Assembly (NCBI GenBank): GCA_011109175.1
Contig: RDEW01000005.1
Coordinates: forward strand, 1,484,657 to 1,548,656
Direction: 5' to 3'
Origin: Dicyema japonicum
Lineage: Eukaryota > Animalia > Dicyemida
Length of the DNA stretch: 64,000 bases
How positions within the stretch are numbered: position 1 is the stretch's first letter; each line of letters starts with the position of its first letter. Of the stretch, positions 10,397 through 23,229 are shown piece by piece. The notes under the pieces are model-generated. The model searched no databases. It was given only the letters and a program-made list of their open reading frames with translations, and was not told the origin of the DNA. Both the position numbers and the translations under genes were made by a program.

Positions 10397-13300
10397 GATT
10401 CCACGCTGGTCATTCTCCAACGCAATGTCACTGGAATCCGTAATAAAGTTCTGGAGCTACGTTCCCCCTTGGCCCGCTTGAAAGTGGACATTGCCATTTT
10501 TCAGGAGTCTAACTTTCCACGTTAGTCGCCACCCCACGCTTCCCTGGCTACAATATACTCCGAAAGGACCGGACAAGAAGTTTCGGTGGAGGATTATTGA
10601 CGTTTGTTAGGGAGGGTCTTTTGTTCACTAATGTCACCCCGTTTATATCTTCTCTTTAGGAAGGAGACCCTATTCTGAACAAATATCTATTAAAGTTCCT
10701 TTCTCACCCTCAAGACGTTTTACACTGTGTAATATTTATATTCCACCTCAGAGTTCGTCGACTTCCCTTATTCAAAAGTATGTTCCAAACTTATCGAAAC
10801 TTTTTGAACTGGTATTATGCGGCGACCTAAATGCCAAACATCCACTCTGGCTCCGGACACAATCAGCCGACAGTCGCAGCGAGTACATCTTATCTTTACT
10901 TAATGATTTGACTATCCTCAATGACCTGGACACTCACACAAGGACCCCGACTCGCAAAAAGTACAGTCCAACATCCTTGGACCTGTCTCTCTGCTCTCCT
11001 TCTATTGCTGGATGTATTTCCTGGAATGTTCGTTATGGTTTCTCAAGCGACCAGAACCCCATTGTGTTGAGACTTAGAAGGTCTATTTGTTCACTGTGTT
11101 GTTCTACAAAGTTCAAAAATTATTTAAAGGCTGACTGGCAAGGTTTCAGGGCGTATTTGGACAATAGTCTGCTTGACTTACTACGGTTAATTGTACAGTA
11201 GATAAGACGGCCAAGATTCTGTCTGCCATCATTTTGAAAGCTGATAAACTATTTATACCTGTCGCCTCTTACAAGAAGTTCAATTCAAGATTATCATCGC
11301 AAATTGTGTCACTCATCAAGAAACGAGATGCGCCGAAGAGAAAAAGAACGCAGTGCAATAATTCTTTTTATTCTATACGTTCACTGAATAATAAATTTTC
11401 TGATTTTATCCGAATTAATAACAAACTCAAATGGAGCCGTCTAGTTAGACTACTATGTCACAAAAACTCTTGCGGCACATTTTTGAAAACGCTAAGAAGG
11501 ATCAATAGCCTTATCAATAAGGAGGACTGCGGTACTGAAGCCGTTACTCTCAATGCTTCGGAACCCGCTCGCAAACTTGCAAACAAGATTATGAAGTACT
11601 AAGTATCGATGAGCCATAAAGATTTTTTTCGCTCTACACATGTGGAACGCCGCAACAAGAACCGTATTCCATCTTCTTCACCCCATGATGTTGACAAAAC
11701 TATTAAATTGCTACGTCCCACTCGTGCTTGTGGTCCCGACGGTTTTTGCACTATTCATCTCAAACACCTTGGACCTCAGGCACGGGCCATACTATCAAGA
11801 CTGTACAACGACTCTATCAACTACCATACGCTACCTAATATATGGAAGAACTCCCTGATTACGCCAATTCTCAAGCCTGGAAAACCAAAAGACGTTCCTT
11901 CTTACCGCTCCATCTCAATAACTTGTGTTTTATCAAAAGTGCTGGAAAAGCTTGTATTAATGCGTATCTCTCCTGTTCTACATCTACCAGAATTTCAACA
12001 TGGTTTCAGGGCAGACCGTTCTACAGCGACTCATTCGGGTTTTATCTCCCAGTTTATTACTGACGGCACCAACGTGAGAACACACATACGGACGGCCTTA
12101 TTATCCATCGATAAAAAGCCTTTGATTCTGTTCCGAAGAAACTTCTAACGCAAAAGATTTTTAATTCCAACTTACACCCGAACATCAAGCTATGGCTGGA
12201 AACGCGGAAGGGTCCGGATTGACAAAACCACTTCAAAATAAAACTACTCCCAATGGGGTCCCGCAAGGTTCCCCATATTCTAATTGTCTCCTCTCTTATT
12301 TAACTATTTCTACACGATTTACCTACTATCAATGATAAGGACACCATGTTTTTGTCTTATGCGGACGACTTGATTATCGCTGCAAGGATCAAATCTCCCT
12401 CCAGGGCTGTGGCGGTGGTTCAGTCACACCTCAACCAGGTGTGTGACTGGCTATCCATGAATTTGCTGTCTGTGTCTGCTTCCAAGTATCATTTCACGCT
12501 ATTTACTACGGACAGAAGATTTAAAGGTGGACTTGAGATATTTTTCGGAAACATTCCCATCCCTTATACACGAATCCAGAAGATCCTTGGAGTAACTTTC
12601 GACTCTCTGATGACGTTTGCCAGTCACAGAGAGGTTTAACCAAGGTTCTTCGAAATTGGAACGTCCTAAAAGCATCGTAAAAAAGAGCCTTTTCCCTCCT
12701 ACTGCTTGTATTTGCAAAATATATCTTCAAGTTATTGAGCCGACGATTGAATATGCCTGTTCTGCCTGGAGATTTGCCATTCCTTCAACGAGGGTGGAGC
12801 GTGTGAATTCTCTCAGAAGGAAGATCATGAGGCACATACAATCAGACTTTACATCCGTCCCCAGTCTGCTTTCAGAGGAGGCGACGGTGAGAAATGGCCA
12901 GGATTTCGTACGTTTTTGCATGGGCCACCTCATTCAAGGAAAAGGTGGCCCATGCAGAGGAATTTCGGTCGGTTATAAAAAAACTGCACACCATTGAATT
13001 CCTATGCAGAAAAAAGAGAAAGCGCTTCCGAAATGCGGTTGGGTCATCAGAAGACCAGGCGAAGAGAGTTCGGATGCTGTTGGAGGCTGGGATCACCTAA
13101 TTAGTTAGTTTTAACCTATCATTCTTGGTGGCCTTGGAGTTAAATAAATAAATAATCACGTGAGCGGGTTCCTAGATAAAAGAAGTCGTTTTGATTTTTT
13201 TTACTATCGTTAAAATGTGATTTTGGAGATTAATTCGGCGATAGAAGCCATGTGGACAGGTCTCCAAGATGGAGGAAATCGAAGTCTTGATTAAAAATGA

Positions 13301-13600
13301 ATATTTATGATAATGTGCCTCTGGAACCTGTTCTGCCGCTGGGAAGGCCGAGAGGTCCGAACAGGCAAAGTACGCGGTCCTACCCGAGGATTTTTCGCGG
13401 TTGAAACGTCTGGTTCTCTTGCGCTTGCGTCCATTTTTTAATGAAATAGCTACGCAGCCGGCCGCTGTATGGCTTTTTTGTTTATTTTGTATTAATAAAA
13501 ATTAAATTAATTTATTGAAACCGTATATTTATCGATTGACTCATTCTTGATTTACAATGAGAGAACCTTAATTCCAACTTACATTCCAACATCAAGCTAA

Positions 13601-13918
13601 GCCGGATGGCATAGCGGTCAGGTGTCGGGCTAAGGTGACTTAGGTTACGGGTTCGATTCTCGCTGCTGTTCACCTGGTGGAAGGTTCCACGTATCTACGA
13701 TGCTAAAAAGGCTTGACGAGTGACTCCGTCATCAGTGGAGGCTCACTGCGGAACTGGATTGTCAAAAAAGGAACCACACACAAGAAAAAGAAAAAAGAAG
13801 TGAAGATCATTCCTCGATTAGTTAAAATTAACTGTTCTTTACTTAAATAAAGTGTGTGTCCTGCCTATGCGGAGCTAATACCACGGCTCCGTGAAAAAAG
13901 CTGTTATTATTATTATTA
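13601..13918 (+). mobile_element. tRNA-derived SINE
   Basis: A-box TGGCATAGCGG 13607-13617, B-box GGTTCGATTC 13650-13659, body shared with the 25700 and 41968 copies, (TTA)n tail. Confidence 0.8.
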
Positions 13919-14319
13919 AGAGAACCTGTTGAGTTTTCACTTGATGACAATAACCAACCAGTAGTGAATCCTAAAATGTGTAGGCAATGTCCCACTAGGA
14001 ACGTGAGTATACAATTTTCTATCGTTACAGTGTATTCAGCAAACAATAGACAATGTGGCAATGATTTATCAAATATTAAATACTTCATCTTAGTTATTCC
14101 TTTCTTATTTGGCAGTTAGAAATGTCAGTGGACAAAATCCTGTCGATAATTCGTTCTTAGTTCGTAATGGTCTTCCACAAATAGAGTGATTATCACTAAC
14201 TTAGTTTATGCTTAAAATTACTTGAAAATATCAATAAATGTAATTGAATTATCATTTAATCCACCCGCTTATAAATTCAATAAAATCCCAGAACCACAAG
14301 AATTTATTGAAGAAAATAG

Positions 14320-14393
14320 AGTAACGGTTATATAGAAGCTGCACTGACTGCGTGGCTATTCCCTCTCAGGATAGAGAATCCCAGAATATAATA
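14320..14393 (+). repeat. Dispersed repeat family Y (partial copy)
   Basis: GAGTAACGGTTATATAGAAGCTGC...GTGGCTATTCCCTCTCAGGA, near-identical to 33926-33980. Confidence 0.7.
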
Positions 14394-15249
14394 ATTAGGG
14401 CAATTTTTAACATGCACGCCATAATTAGGGCAATCATTTTTATTAATGAGTTAAATTTAATTGTTTTTATTAAAGAAAAGAGAGAAACGGTTATATAGCG
14501 GCTGTCCTGAGTTAAATTATAAATAAAATTTATTTAAAATGTTTTACCTTAAAGAAGTTATAAATGCCATTTTTGATTTTAATTAATACAACTCTACCCA
14601 TCTAGTCTCGGTTATAACTTTATACAATTCTAACAAAGGACTCTTACTATTCCTAGTAGATCTCATATATTTAGACAGCTTCCCAGAAATATGAAGACTC
14701 ATGTCCAAAAAACTATTCTATTGTTAAACATCATTCCTATTTAAAAAAAATGATGTCCTGATCTGTGAAGAAAAGGCGATAAATACATTGTAAGTCAATT
14801 TTCCGACACAAAGTAAAATTGTTGCTATCACAGACGAGTTCATCGACGATCATAATTAAAAAACACAGAGAATTGGTGAAATGATGGGAGAGGAGGAAAC
14901 GGATGGTATCATGTCCACGACACTTCTTCTAAGAAGAGAAAAATCCAGGTGGGAGAACGAGTAGTTTATTGGTTTAACTAGATTTTTCGAAAAAAGTCTT
15001 GTTTTTGTACTGATTTTATAACCAATTGTGAAAATTTATTTATTGTGATCGGTTTAAATGAGGGTAGCCTGAGAACGAGGCGCAAAATCGATTTAACCTT
15101 TAACATATGACCGAAAGTTAACGCTAACCGGTTTAGACGGTTAAACCTGAGCCGTTAAGTATTGAAACCTAACAGAGCATCACTAGTCATAGATAGATAA
15201 TTTTATTAACACAACAAACTCGTTACTAATTAAACAGGTAGAAGCCAAT

Positions 15250-15490
15250 GAGTTTGTCCTAGTTGATGGGATCTGGTATAACGAGACACTATATGTCTCC
15301 TCTTCGAATTATTTTTTCAAGTGGTGCAATACTTCTTCAATTCATCTTGCACGTCTTTCATAACTAGAAAGTAATTTAGATTTTAAATCAAGTCCATATG
15401 CCAGTTTAATAGCATATATCCTCGATCTATCGAGAAGCTCTACTATACTTATCTCATCACTTTCAAACCATCCTTGAAAGCCATAAATCA
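15250..15490 (-). mobile_element. LINE RT C-terminal fragment
   Basis: GFQGWF...LLDRSRIYAIKLAYG resembles the YGLEGWY...FALKLAYG of 45333-45740. Confidence 0.55.
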
Positions 15491-15559
15491 TGAGAGGGAA
15501 TAGCCACGTAGTCACGGAGGCCGCTTATGACTTATTTTGTTTTAACAATAAAAATTATT

Positions 15560-15715
15560 ACGGTCGCGGTCGATACGTCTGGTTCCCGTTAGCCTGCGAT
15601 GCTTGATTTCTACACGAACAGTAGATTTCCGTGAGTGCTGCTGGTTATTTGAGCGAATCTCACTCGTTGTCATAGAGGAAATAGCCAAACATTCAGGACT
15701 GCTGTATGAGCTTTT
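15560..15715 (-). repeat. Dispersed repeat family Y copy
   Basis: Reverse complement TGGCTATTTCCTCT...GAGTGAGATTCGCTC...TAACCAGCAGCACTCAC aligns to 33960-34020. Confidence 0.65.
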
Positions 15716-15799
15716 TGTTTATTTAGAGATTAAAGTTCAAGTTGATAAATCGAATCCAAGTAAATAAGAATAAAGTTCTTTAAAAAACAAATATAAAAA

Positions 15800-18221
15800 T
15801 CAGTGACGAATCTTTTTCTTAAATTTCCTGATTGAGGGACCTTTAGAATTTAATTTTCCACAATTTCTGTCAAATTTTTCAGTCCTAACTGGTTTATCAA
15901 GAATTTCTTCAAACTTAAAAATAAAGTCAAAACCCAACCTCCTCTCCCATTTTATCAAAGTCATCATTTGATTCTTCACTTCCCTCACTCATAGAATCAC
16001 TGGTAAATTCTTCCTTAATATCAGTCCCCCCGACAAGCTGATCAAAGTCAGAAAAATCACTTTCATCTTCCTCATACTTAATCTTCTTGGGTTCACTGAT
16101 ATCAGTCAAATACGAACGATTGCCAAGACCAACCGAATGGAAAAAACTACAAATCGACACAATGACTACTGGTGAAGATATCGTTCATCCAATGGAATAA
16201 GAGACTGGCTGCTGTTGATAAACTGAGTGCTGTTTACTGGTAAGGCTCGGACTCCGGAGCAACGTCGAGACCTTTTCTGAGAGATAATAACGTGTCCCTC
16301 ACCAACTACGACTTAAAAAACTGAAAACGTGTTTTCTTGGGTTTTTTGAACACAAATCTATCCAAGAAACGAATAAAGGTGAAATCCTGAAGAGGACGAC
16401 CATCATAAGAAATATATTCTCCCTTAAATATAAAAAATGTAATACATTTATCAAAGTCTTAGAAAAATGAGAAATTGTTGGATGCACGTGAGTTGAAAGA
16501 AGGCGAAGTTCATAAGCGCATTAGGATGTGAGACCAAAACTGGCATCAAGACCACAAAATCGAGGATTCCGTGCGTTGATATCAAATGAAATTTCCCCCA
16601 CATTGGCCGAAGCAATCCCCACTGACAACTGAGGATGAATTTGAGTCAATTCTGAAACAAGGATCAACGAGGAAGCGAAAAGAAGGATTGTGGTGTTGGA
16701 GACAGACCTGGAAAAGCCGCTTAACAAAAGCCTAAAGTCCCAGAAAAGTAAAACCATGACTCTGTTCATATTTTCGTCTTTCGACAACACTTTGTAAACC
16801 AAGGTAAGAAATATGGCTGGCTTTGAGCAGTCAAACAATCGAACGTCTACAAATCGAGCATATAAAGCAGAATAGAAACGATCACTAACATTCCTATAAA
16901 GATATTAGCAATCAAATACTCCGTGGCAGAGGAAGACACAATGTGGAGAATCTGTAGGATTCTAATGCACGTGGAAAAAGGTAACTGATGTGAAAGACGA
17001 TATAGAGTATCAATATGATCGTCAAACTGAGAGTAATTACCAAATGAATAAAGAAGAATAATACCCTGAACGTATGGAAGAGCTCTGTAAAGACCATCCA
17101 AAAGAACAGACATTAATCGTGAACTTTGTGTGTCGGTACTTATCAAAGACTTGAAAAATGAAAGGTAAATCCGGACCAAAAAGCCCGCCAATTTGACTCC
17201 ATTGTCATTGTTGGAAAAAACAAACTGGGAAAGACAGCAGAACGCATAAAATCTACAAATTAAAATTATTTAAAACTGTGTTTGGGTTGACACGTGGGTT
17301 CGGAATATTATCATTTCCAAAATTTTGGCGATATCGAGATTCAAATGAGGCAGTTTTCGAACTAAACCAGTCATTTATAATAAAACCCAAAGATTCAACG
17401 TAAAACAACGCGGAGGAACCAACTGCCTTATCTTTATCTCCCAGCTTGTTTACAAGGAGGTCGATCAGTTCCTGAAATAAGTGTTATTTATACAATGTTG
17501 TTATATGAACGGGAAATAGCTATCTTAAAGACTAGTTCAACAGATTTCTTCCGTATATCCTTTACTTCATCTTGTGTGGTCTTGCCTAGAAGAAGGGAGA
17601 GCTTTTTCAAAGAACATAGAACTCGATCTTCGAACCACAGACAGACTAAATCTACCAATGATGGACTTTGGTAGAGTTTTATGGCCTAAATGAAATCCCT
17701 TATACCAACTTGAAGAAAGCTTGCAAGTTTAGTGTGGGGGTACAAATATAGGGAAAATAACTCGACCAGTCCCTCTAAAATAAGCTTTGAAACAACCTAT
17801 AGCTAGCATGGCATCTCTACGAGAGTTCTTTCCAGAATATTCCAAGAGAATTTTTATTGAATTTAGAGAGAATAGAGGAAATTCCTTGGTTATGACGACG
17901 TGGGCTGAGATTTTGTCCTTGGTAGATCCATTTTTAAGAACTTTTTTCATCCAGCTGAGTCGGGGATCTTTGCTGATTATTTGACCTAGGAGATTAGACC
18001 AAATTTACTTTTATCGAACATTTCCACAACCTGGTTGTAAGCTTCTTCCGCTTGTAGCAAAAGGGAAGTTTTAGTTGTAGACACGTTTTGAGTGTATTCT
18101 GTTAGCTGAATGATAAATTAACACATGCAACCAGTTCTATGCATGAATTCATTGAGGAAGATGCTTCATTTGAGGTGAAGGCCTCATCATTTACTTTTGA
18201 TTTTTTATTCCCACAACGCAT
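15800..18221 (-). CDS. CEBPZ: CCAAT/enhancer-binding protein zeta / Noc1 / Mak21 (60S biogenesis), multi-exon
   Basis: WMKKVLKNGSTKDK, LVNKLGD, FYAFCCLSQ, RLMSVLLDGLYRALPY, IDTLYRLSH, HPTISHFS and an acidic C-terminal tract. The 22-26 nt introns I checked keep the frame. Confidence 0.9.
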
Positions 18222-18233
18222 CAAAATATACAC

Positions 18234-18239
18234 CACGTG
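18234..18239. promoter_or_regulatory. E-box CACGTG 12 nt upstream of the CEBPZ ATG
   Basis: Sequence match in the same position class as the RRP8 E-box. Function is inferred. Confidence 0.45.
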
Positions 18240-18829
18240 AAACTTTAAATTCTAAATATAAAAATAAATTATTAAAATATTTTATAATGTTTTTTTTTAT
18301 TTTAATAAAAAATTATTTTTAATAAATTAATGTACTTTGTTTAATAAATTAATGTAAAAAAAGTACTTTCCAATTCAAAAATGGTTAACGTCCTTTGAAT
18401 GAGCAAAATAATAAGACATTGCGCTACCATTTACTATAAGACGTTTGCCTAGTATTTTTTGTTCGACTAGTGTTGTAAGATTGTGTAGAAAAGTGGTTCT
18501 CACCAGAGTGATGGAATTCTAATGAAGCCATCAGGACTATTGCTTCATTTGTCGTTTTTCATTAACATTTTTCACCGTCTCGAAAATGGTCTTCAAGAAA
18601 TTGGTGTCTATAAAGCAAGTGACACTCCAAGCATTTCAAAGCTTATCAGGTTGATCTAGCGGCTTTTAGGATATCGGAAAGGAGAACCTAGAATAACACG
18701 ATGGCTCTTCCAGAAAATTGGGCTCGGGATTATGAGGGGAAATACCATTTGGTGTTTAGTTCTTGCAAGTCATAATGAAGCCCTTTGACTTGATTAACAT
18801 TTTGTAGGCTGTAGTATAATGAATAATTT

Positions 18830-19100
18830 TTTATTATAAAGGATTCGCCAAGAAAATAAGTAAACAACTAATTCAATGTATCCAGTTTCCACTCAGAAAC
18901 AGACTCCTTCCAACGTCACAAGGTCATCCAGAACCAGCATAAAAGGTAAAAGACGTCCATTCCTTACAGATGTGTAAACCCCTCCAGTGAAGTGGGGGAG
19001 AAAAAATGATCTTTTTCCTGCCACCCTGGCACTGTGCGCCACTGTGAAAGGTGAAGCCACTCTATTAAAAGGCAGAGGAGGAACAAAAGAAGCAAATTAC
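18830..19100 (-). mobile_element. Short non-autonomous element: pseudoknot head (copy D, 19007-19058, partly deleted) + LINE-like tail
   Basis: Head ...GGCGCA ca GTGCCA gggt GGCA ggaaaaa GATCA. Tail GAAACTGGATACATTGAATTAG...TTCTTGG...AATAAA resembles the LINE ends at 13090-13150. Confidence 0.65.
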
Positions 19101-19183
19101 TATTTTTTAATAATTTAACTAATTAACAAAAAATTGGTAATTAAAATTTAAGAAAATGGGGAAATTATTCTAAATGTACAAAT

Positions 19184-20787
19184 CTAAAACAAAATTTTCT
19201 TACATTCTTTAGCCATACAGAGACATCTAATCCCTAAACATCACATCCATCCCCAACCTGACTGTCGGCTAGAACTTCGAGAATCTACGATAAAACCCGA
19301 AAAAATTACTTTTTATATAATAATCATATGTCAGTTCCTCGTTTTCCTCTATATTTCGTCTAGCAAACAAAGAAAGTTTATAAATTCTCGGATCCCTGTG
19401 ACCACACCACGTGGATAACACGTGAAGGTTAGGATCACACTGGTATTAGTGCACACAATACACTGTGGTTAATAAAGCGGGAAATATTCCCAAAGTACAT
19501 AGCGTCCACTACCAAAGGATTCCCATGGTTTTCAGAATCCATGTCAAACAAATAACTCATCCTTCCAGAGTCGTACACGATTCCTCTGTCTTCTGCGATC
19601 TGATCTGTCACGATCTACCACTTTTACTGACTTTAACCTCTCCCACATATTCGCAAACAAATGTTCCATGTTTAATCTTGCTCATTGACTTGACTCCCCA
19701 ACCACGGCCATTAGAAGTCCTAAACAAGCACAAATCCATCTTTCTCCCATTCTGGACAACTTTATTGGGCAGTTTTTATAACATTTACATCTGAGAATTA
19801 AATATTGGCATCACTTGGGCCCACACTCAAAGATCAAACAACTCCGCTCCAGAAAACATAATCCATCACAAGTGTAATTTGTCCTTTTGAAGTTTACACA
19901 AGGGCACTTCAGAATAGAATGAGAGCAGTCTTCACAGTCACAACAGTACTGGTCCTTGGGTTCAAATGTCCCCAGATCAGGAGACAAGAACGACTCATTG
20001 ATGAAGCAGAAGTTCTCTAAGGATCGTACAAAAGAATACTGGGAATCGTCTCCAAATCGTTCACATTTTCTATATGGATAGCCCCCTCTGCGTTAGAAAC
20101 CTTTCGAAAGTATCGTTCTGTCCGTTGAAGGGAGGATTCGTGGTATTCTACCTTTCTCTCAATGTACTCGGAAAATCCCTGGAATAATAATTCCTCTCAC
20201 TCGTTTTATAAAATCATTGTCACTGTAGTAAGATGGAAGATAATTCTCAGACTTGGCTTGTTTGGCCAGATCCTTTAGCAGACTCTTGTTGTCAAAAACC
20301 TGCAATAAAAACAAACACACGTATTGCAGGAGTTTTTCTATCCAATCAGAACTGTCTATCTCAACTGTGGAAGACGAAGAAGAGATTTCAAAGAATTCTC
20401 CAAGTTTTTCAAGACAATCTAGATTGTCGGCAGCTTCATATGAGTTACATAGTTCGGACCATCCAAGCCATTTGACCAAATAGTAATATTCGCCCTAAAG
20501 TCAACAAAAATGAAACGTTTATTTTTATTTCGTCTATAATTTTTTCCACTTGAAAGCTTTCATCACAGAATAGCTTTCCGTCTAAGATCACTGGAATAAA
20601 ATTACTAAATACGTCTGTTTGTAATGAACTGGAGGTAGTCAATCCCAATAAAGTCAATTATTTGATTTATAAGGAACATAATGGCTTGAGTTGAAAAGGT
20701 GAGGTTGCACTTGTTAATTAGGATAATTATGTCGTACGGAGACATTAAACATTTTATTTTTCTCGGCAAACCGGCACATCGCATCAT
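19184..20787 (-). CDS. SUV39H: SUV39H/Clr4-type H3K9 methyltransferase (chromo, pre-SET, SET, post-SET)
   Basis: Chromodomain FQVEKII...YYLVKWLGW; pre-SET CCDCEDC...FECGPKCKC; [49 protein letters not shown]; post-[16 protein letters not shown]. Introns 21-25 nt. Start codon approximate. Confidence 0.93.
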
Positions 20788-20999
20788 TTAGAAATTGGAA
20801 TATATTTGTTTATTATTTTGTGAAAATTAAGAATCAACACTATCATAAAAAATATTAATAAATAAAAAAATAAATATTAATAATAATACAATTCCATGTA
20901 GCTCGTCGACGAAGTGGTGGCATTTGGATGGAAAGAGCCACGCTTTCCCCTATCCTCATGGGTGGTTCAACAAGCAAGGCCTGTGCCGTTGCGGAGACG

Positions 21000-21385
21000 G
21001 TAAAAAATCATCTTTTTTAAATCTTATAAAAATTGATTTAATGAGTATGTAGAACGTTTTAACAAGGTCCTCGATATCTTTAGGCAAAAACTCATCTTTT
21101 TTAATTTTATAAAAAATTGATTTAAACGGGTCCTATGGTTAAATGACACATTTTACCAAGGTCCTCTACAAAAAAGTCGTCTAAACAACTATTGAATGAA
21201 AGATTTATTTTATACAAGAGAAAAGGAAAGTAATTATAAATTTTAATAAAATATATATTCTGTCGGATCCATATTAAGTAACATTTGTTCTACAAATTTG
21301 GAGGACTTTGGTAAAATGTGTCATTTAATTATAGGACCCGTTAAAATCAATTTTTATAATATTAAAAAAGATGAGTTTTTACCTA
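21000..21385. repeat. Long imperfect inverted repeat (arms ~21081-21166 and 21301-21385), MITE/foldback-like
   Basis: Right-arm reverse complement TAGGTAAAAACTCATCTTTTTTAATATTATAAAAATTGATTTTAACGGGTCCTATAATTAAATGACACATTTTACCAAAGTCCTC matches the left arm. A partial tandem copy starts at ~21000. Confidence 0.75.
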
Positions 21386-21519
21386 TAGATGTCAATCACA
21401 TTGAAAAATATCTCGTGATGTTTATTGATGAACTTGTCTAAAACTTGAAAAAAATTAATTTGAGGCCATTTTGAGAGGCCATTTTGAATGGGAACCATCC
21501 TAAGACAAGGCGATGAACG

Positions 21520-21945
21520 GAATTGTTATCGAGCCCTGGAGTCTGCTAAATATCCGTCCATATAGAGGAGACGAACTGTTGGCCTGGATAGAGGAGACGG
21601 AAAACGACCGCTACAGATCACAATTTTTCCATTCGAGGAGGGGAAGCCTTTAGTATGGGATGCTACCTATGCCCATCCAACATTGTCGGGAAGGTGGTAG
21701 ACACACTGTATGTCGGGAAAAAATGAAAGTAAAGGAGAAAAAGTACGAAGCGTTGCACGATCTGTTCACGTTCTGCTCCATCGTAGTTTAGACAACTCGA
21801 GGAATAAGCGGGAAATCGCTTAGTTTCCTAAAGAAACTGGGACGCTTAGCTACACTAAAAAGCCATGACGCATGTGAGACTCGGTGGCTTTTCCAGTTGA
21901 TATCTGTCGCGATCGTGAGAGGTAACGCAACATACGTTAGTTAGT
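21520..21945 (+). mobile_element. CRE-like RLE retroelement 3' remnant
   Basis: KEKKYEAL, FTFCSIVV*TTRG, WLFQLISVAIVRGNATYVS*. Confidence 0.65.
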
Positions 21946-21959
21946 CAACCCGACCTCGT

Positions 21960-22380
21960 TACCTTTTAGGATCCAACTGTCCTCAAACATTTTTCACAGG
22001 TCTTCGATGTTCACTGGATGCTATTTGGACTCTAAAGTTTTTGGATGTTTTAGCTGCGATGAATAAAGCCCATAAGGGGATTGCGTATTCCAAGGTTGTC
22101 CTGATATATTGTTTGTAGATTATTCTGAGGTTTCCTTGTCCTGGCCAAAGATGGAGCTGCCACAGCGCGAAAGGGCGTTCATTTTCTTCTTTTCTTTTGC
22201 AACCACATAGTCCACGTGGGAGGAGAATTTAAGGCATTGGTCGTAGATTCTCACAGGATTTTCGGTGTTTTTGAGATAGGGAAAACTTCGAAGATTTTCA
22301 GCTTCAATTTTACGTTTAGCTGACGTCGGTCCAAAGTGAATAGTGTGACGCTGGACTTAGAGAGGGAGGTGGTTAGTTAA
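21960..22380 (-). mobile_element. APE-LINE RT C-terminal fragment
   Basis: Decayed segments SSVTLFTLDRR, KTPKIL, YDQCLKFSSHV, IYKQYIRTTLEYAIPLW. Confidence 0.7.
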
Positions 22381-22397
22381 TAACCAAGACTCTAGAG

Positions 22398-23162
22398 CAG
22401 TGCGTTCCAACCTGGGTTCCGCAAAAGTTATTATAAATTTTTTAATAATAGTTTTTAATTATTATCTACAAGTGCAATTTGGAATTGTCAAATTTTGCGA
22501 AAGACGACAACTTAAAATCGACCAGAGCATATTATGAAGTATTGAATTATTTTTAATTAAACAGGTGAGTTATCTGTAGCTCGCTATGGAGAAGCACATA
22601 CAATTGACGAAAATCTTATATAGCCATGTTCAAAAAAGATCATCGAGTGTATCTATGGCGAACAAATTTCGACGGTCATCCGTATTAAAAATAACATTTT
22701 GTCGTTCTGCAAGAGTATCTTCATGAATCAAAATGCGCATTGGATGACACAGTATTTCAGGACATCAAATCATTTGGTAAATTTGGATGATAACACTGCG
22801 AAATATTTTCCGGATAAATTTGATGACGATTGGGTTCAAAATCCGTTCAAAGTTAAAGTAATCTAACATCAATTTAATATGAACAAATATCCTGATATCT
22901 CAGAAAAGGCAATACGTAAACTATTACCTTTCCCTGCGACTTACTTATGTGAGTCGGTTTTCAACATATACATTTACCAAATCTTACCTGATATGAGGAT
23001 ACAGTTGTCAACAATAACTCCTAGTGTTACACAACTATGCTATGATGAAAAGTTACCTCAATTTTCACATTAAAATTGTTTTTGGTTATTACTATTATGT
23101 TTTAAGTAAAAATTGTAATAATTGTAATGGTTTAGCGAGCACCTTAAGGTTGGGAACCACTG
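22398..23162 (+). mobile_element. Internally deleted hAT transposon (Buster/Charlie-like)
   Basis: TIRs CAGTGCGTTCCAACCT / AGGTTGGGAACCACTG, degenerate 8-bp TSD CTCTAGAG/CGCTAGAC, coding remnants DDWVQNPF and LLPFPATYLCES...SH*. Confidence 0.85.
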
Positions 23163-23229
23163 CGCTAGACGATTAGCTTAGGGACAAAATATAGACTCTG
23201 TATTCACAGGATAGATAGGGAGAATATAT

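Larger units (their letters stand above)
10235..13155 (+). mobile_element. Near full-length single-ORF APE-RT LINE (Ingi/Vingi-like), decayed by frameshifts
   Basis: Pseudoknot head, then 2A-like peptide, then APE (ILQRNVTG, GDLNAKH, SSDQNPI), then RT (GPDG, YRSISI, QHGFR, GVPQG, LSYADD, ILGVTFDS), ending RMLLEAGIT* at 13100 with a (TAAA)n tail. No ORF1 seen. Confidence 0.9.
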
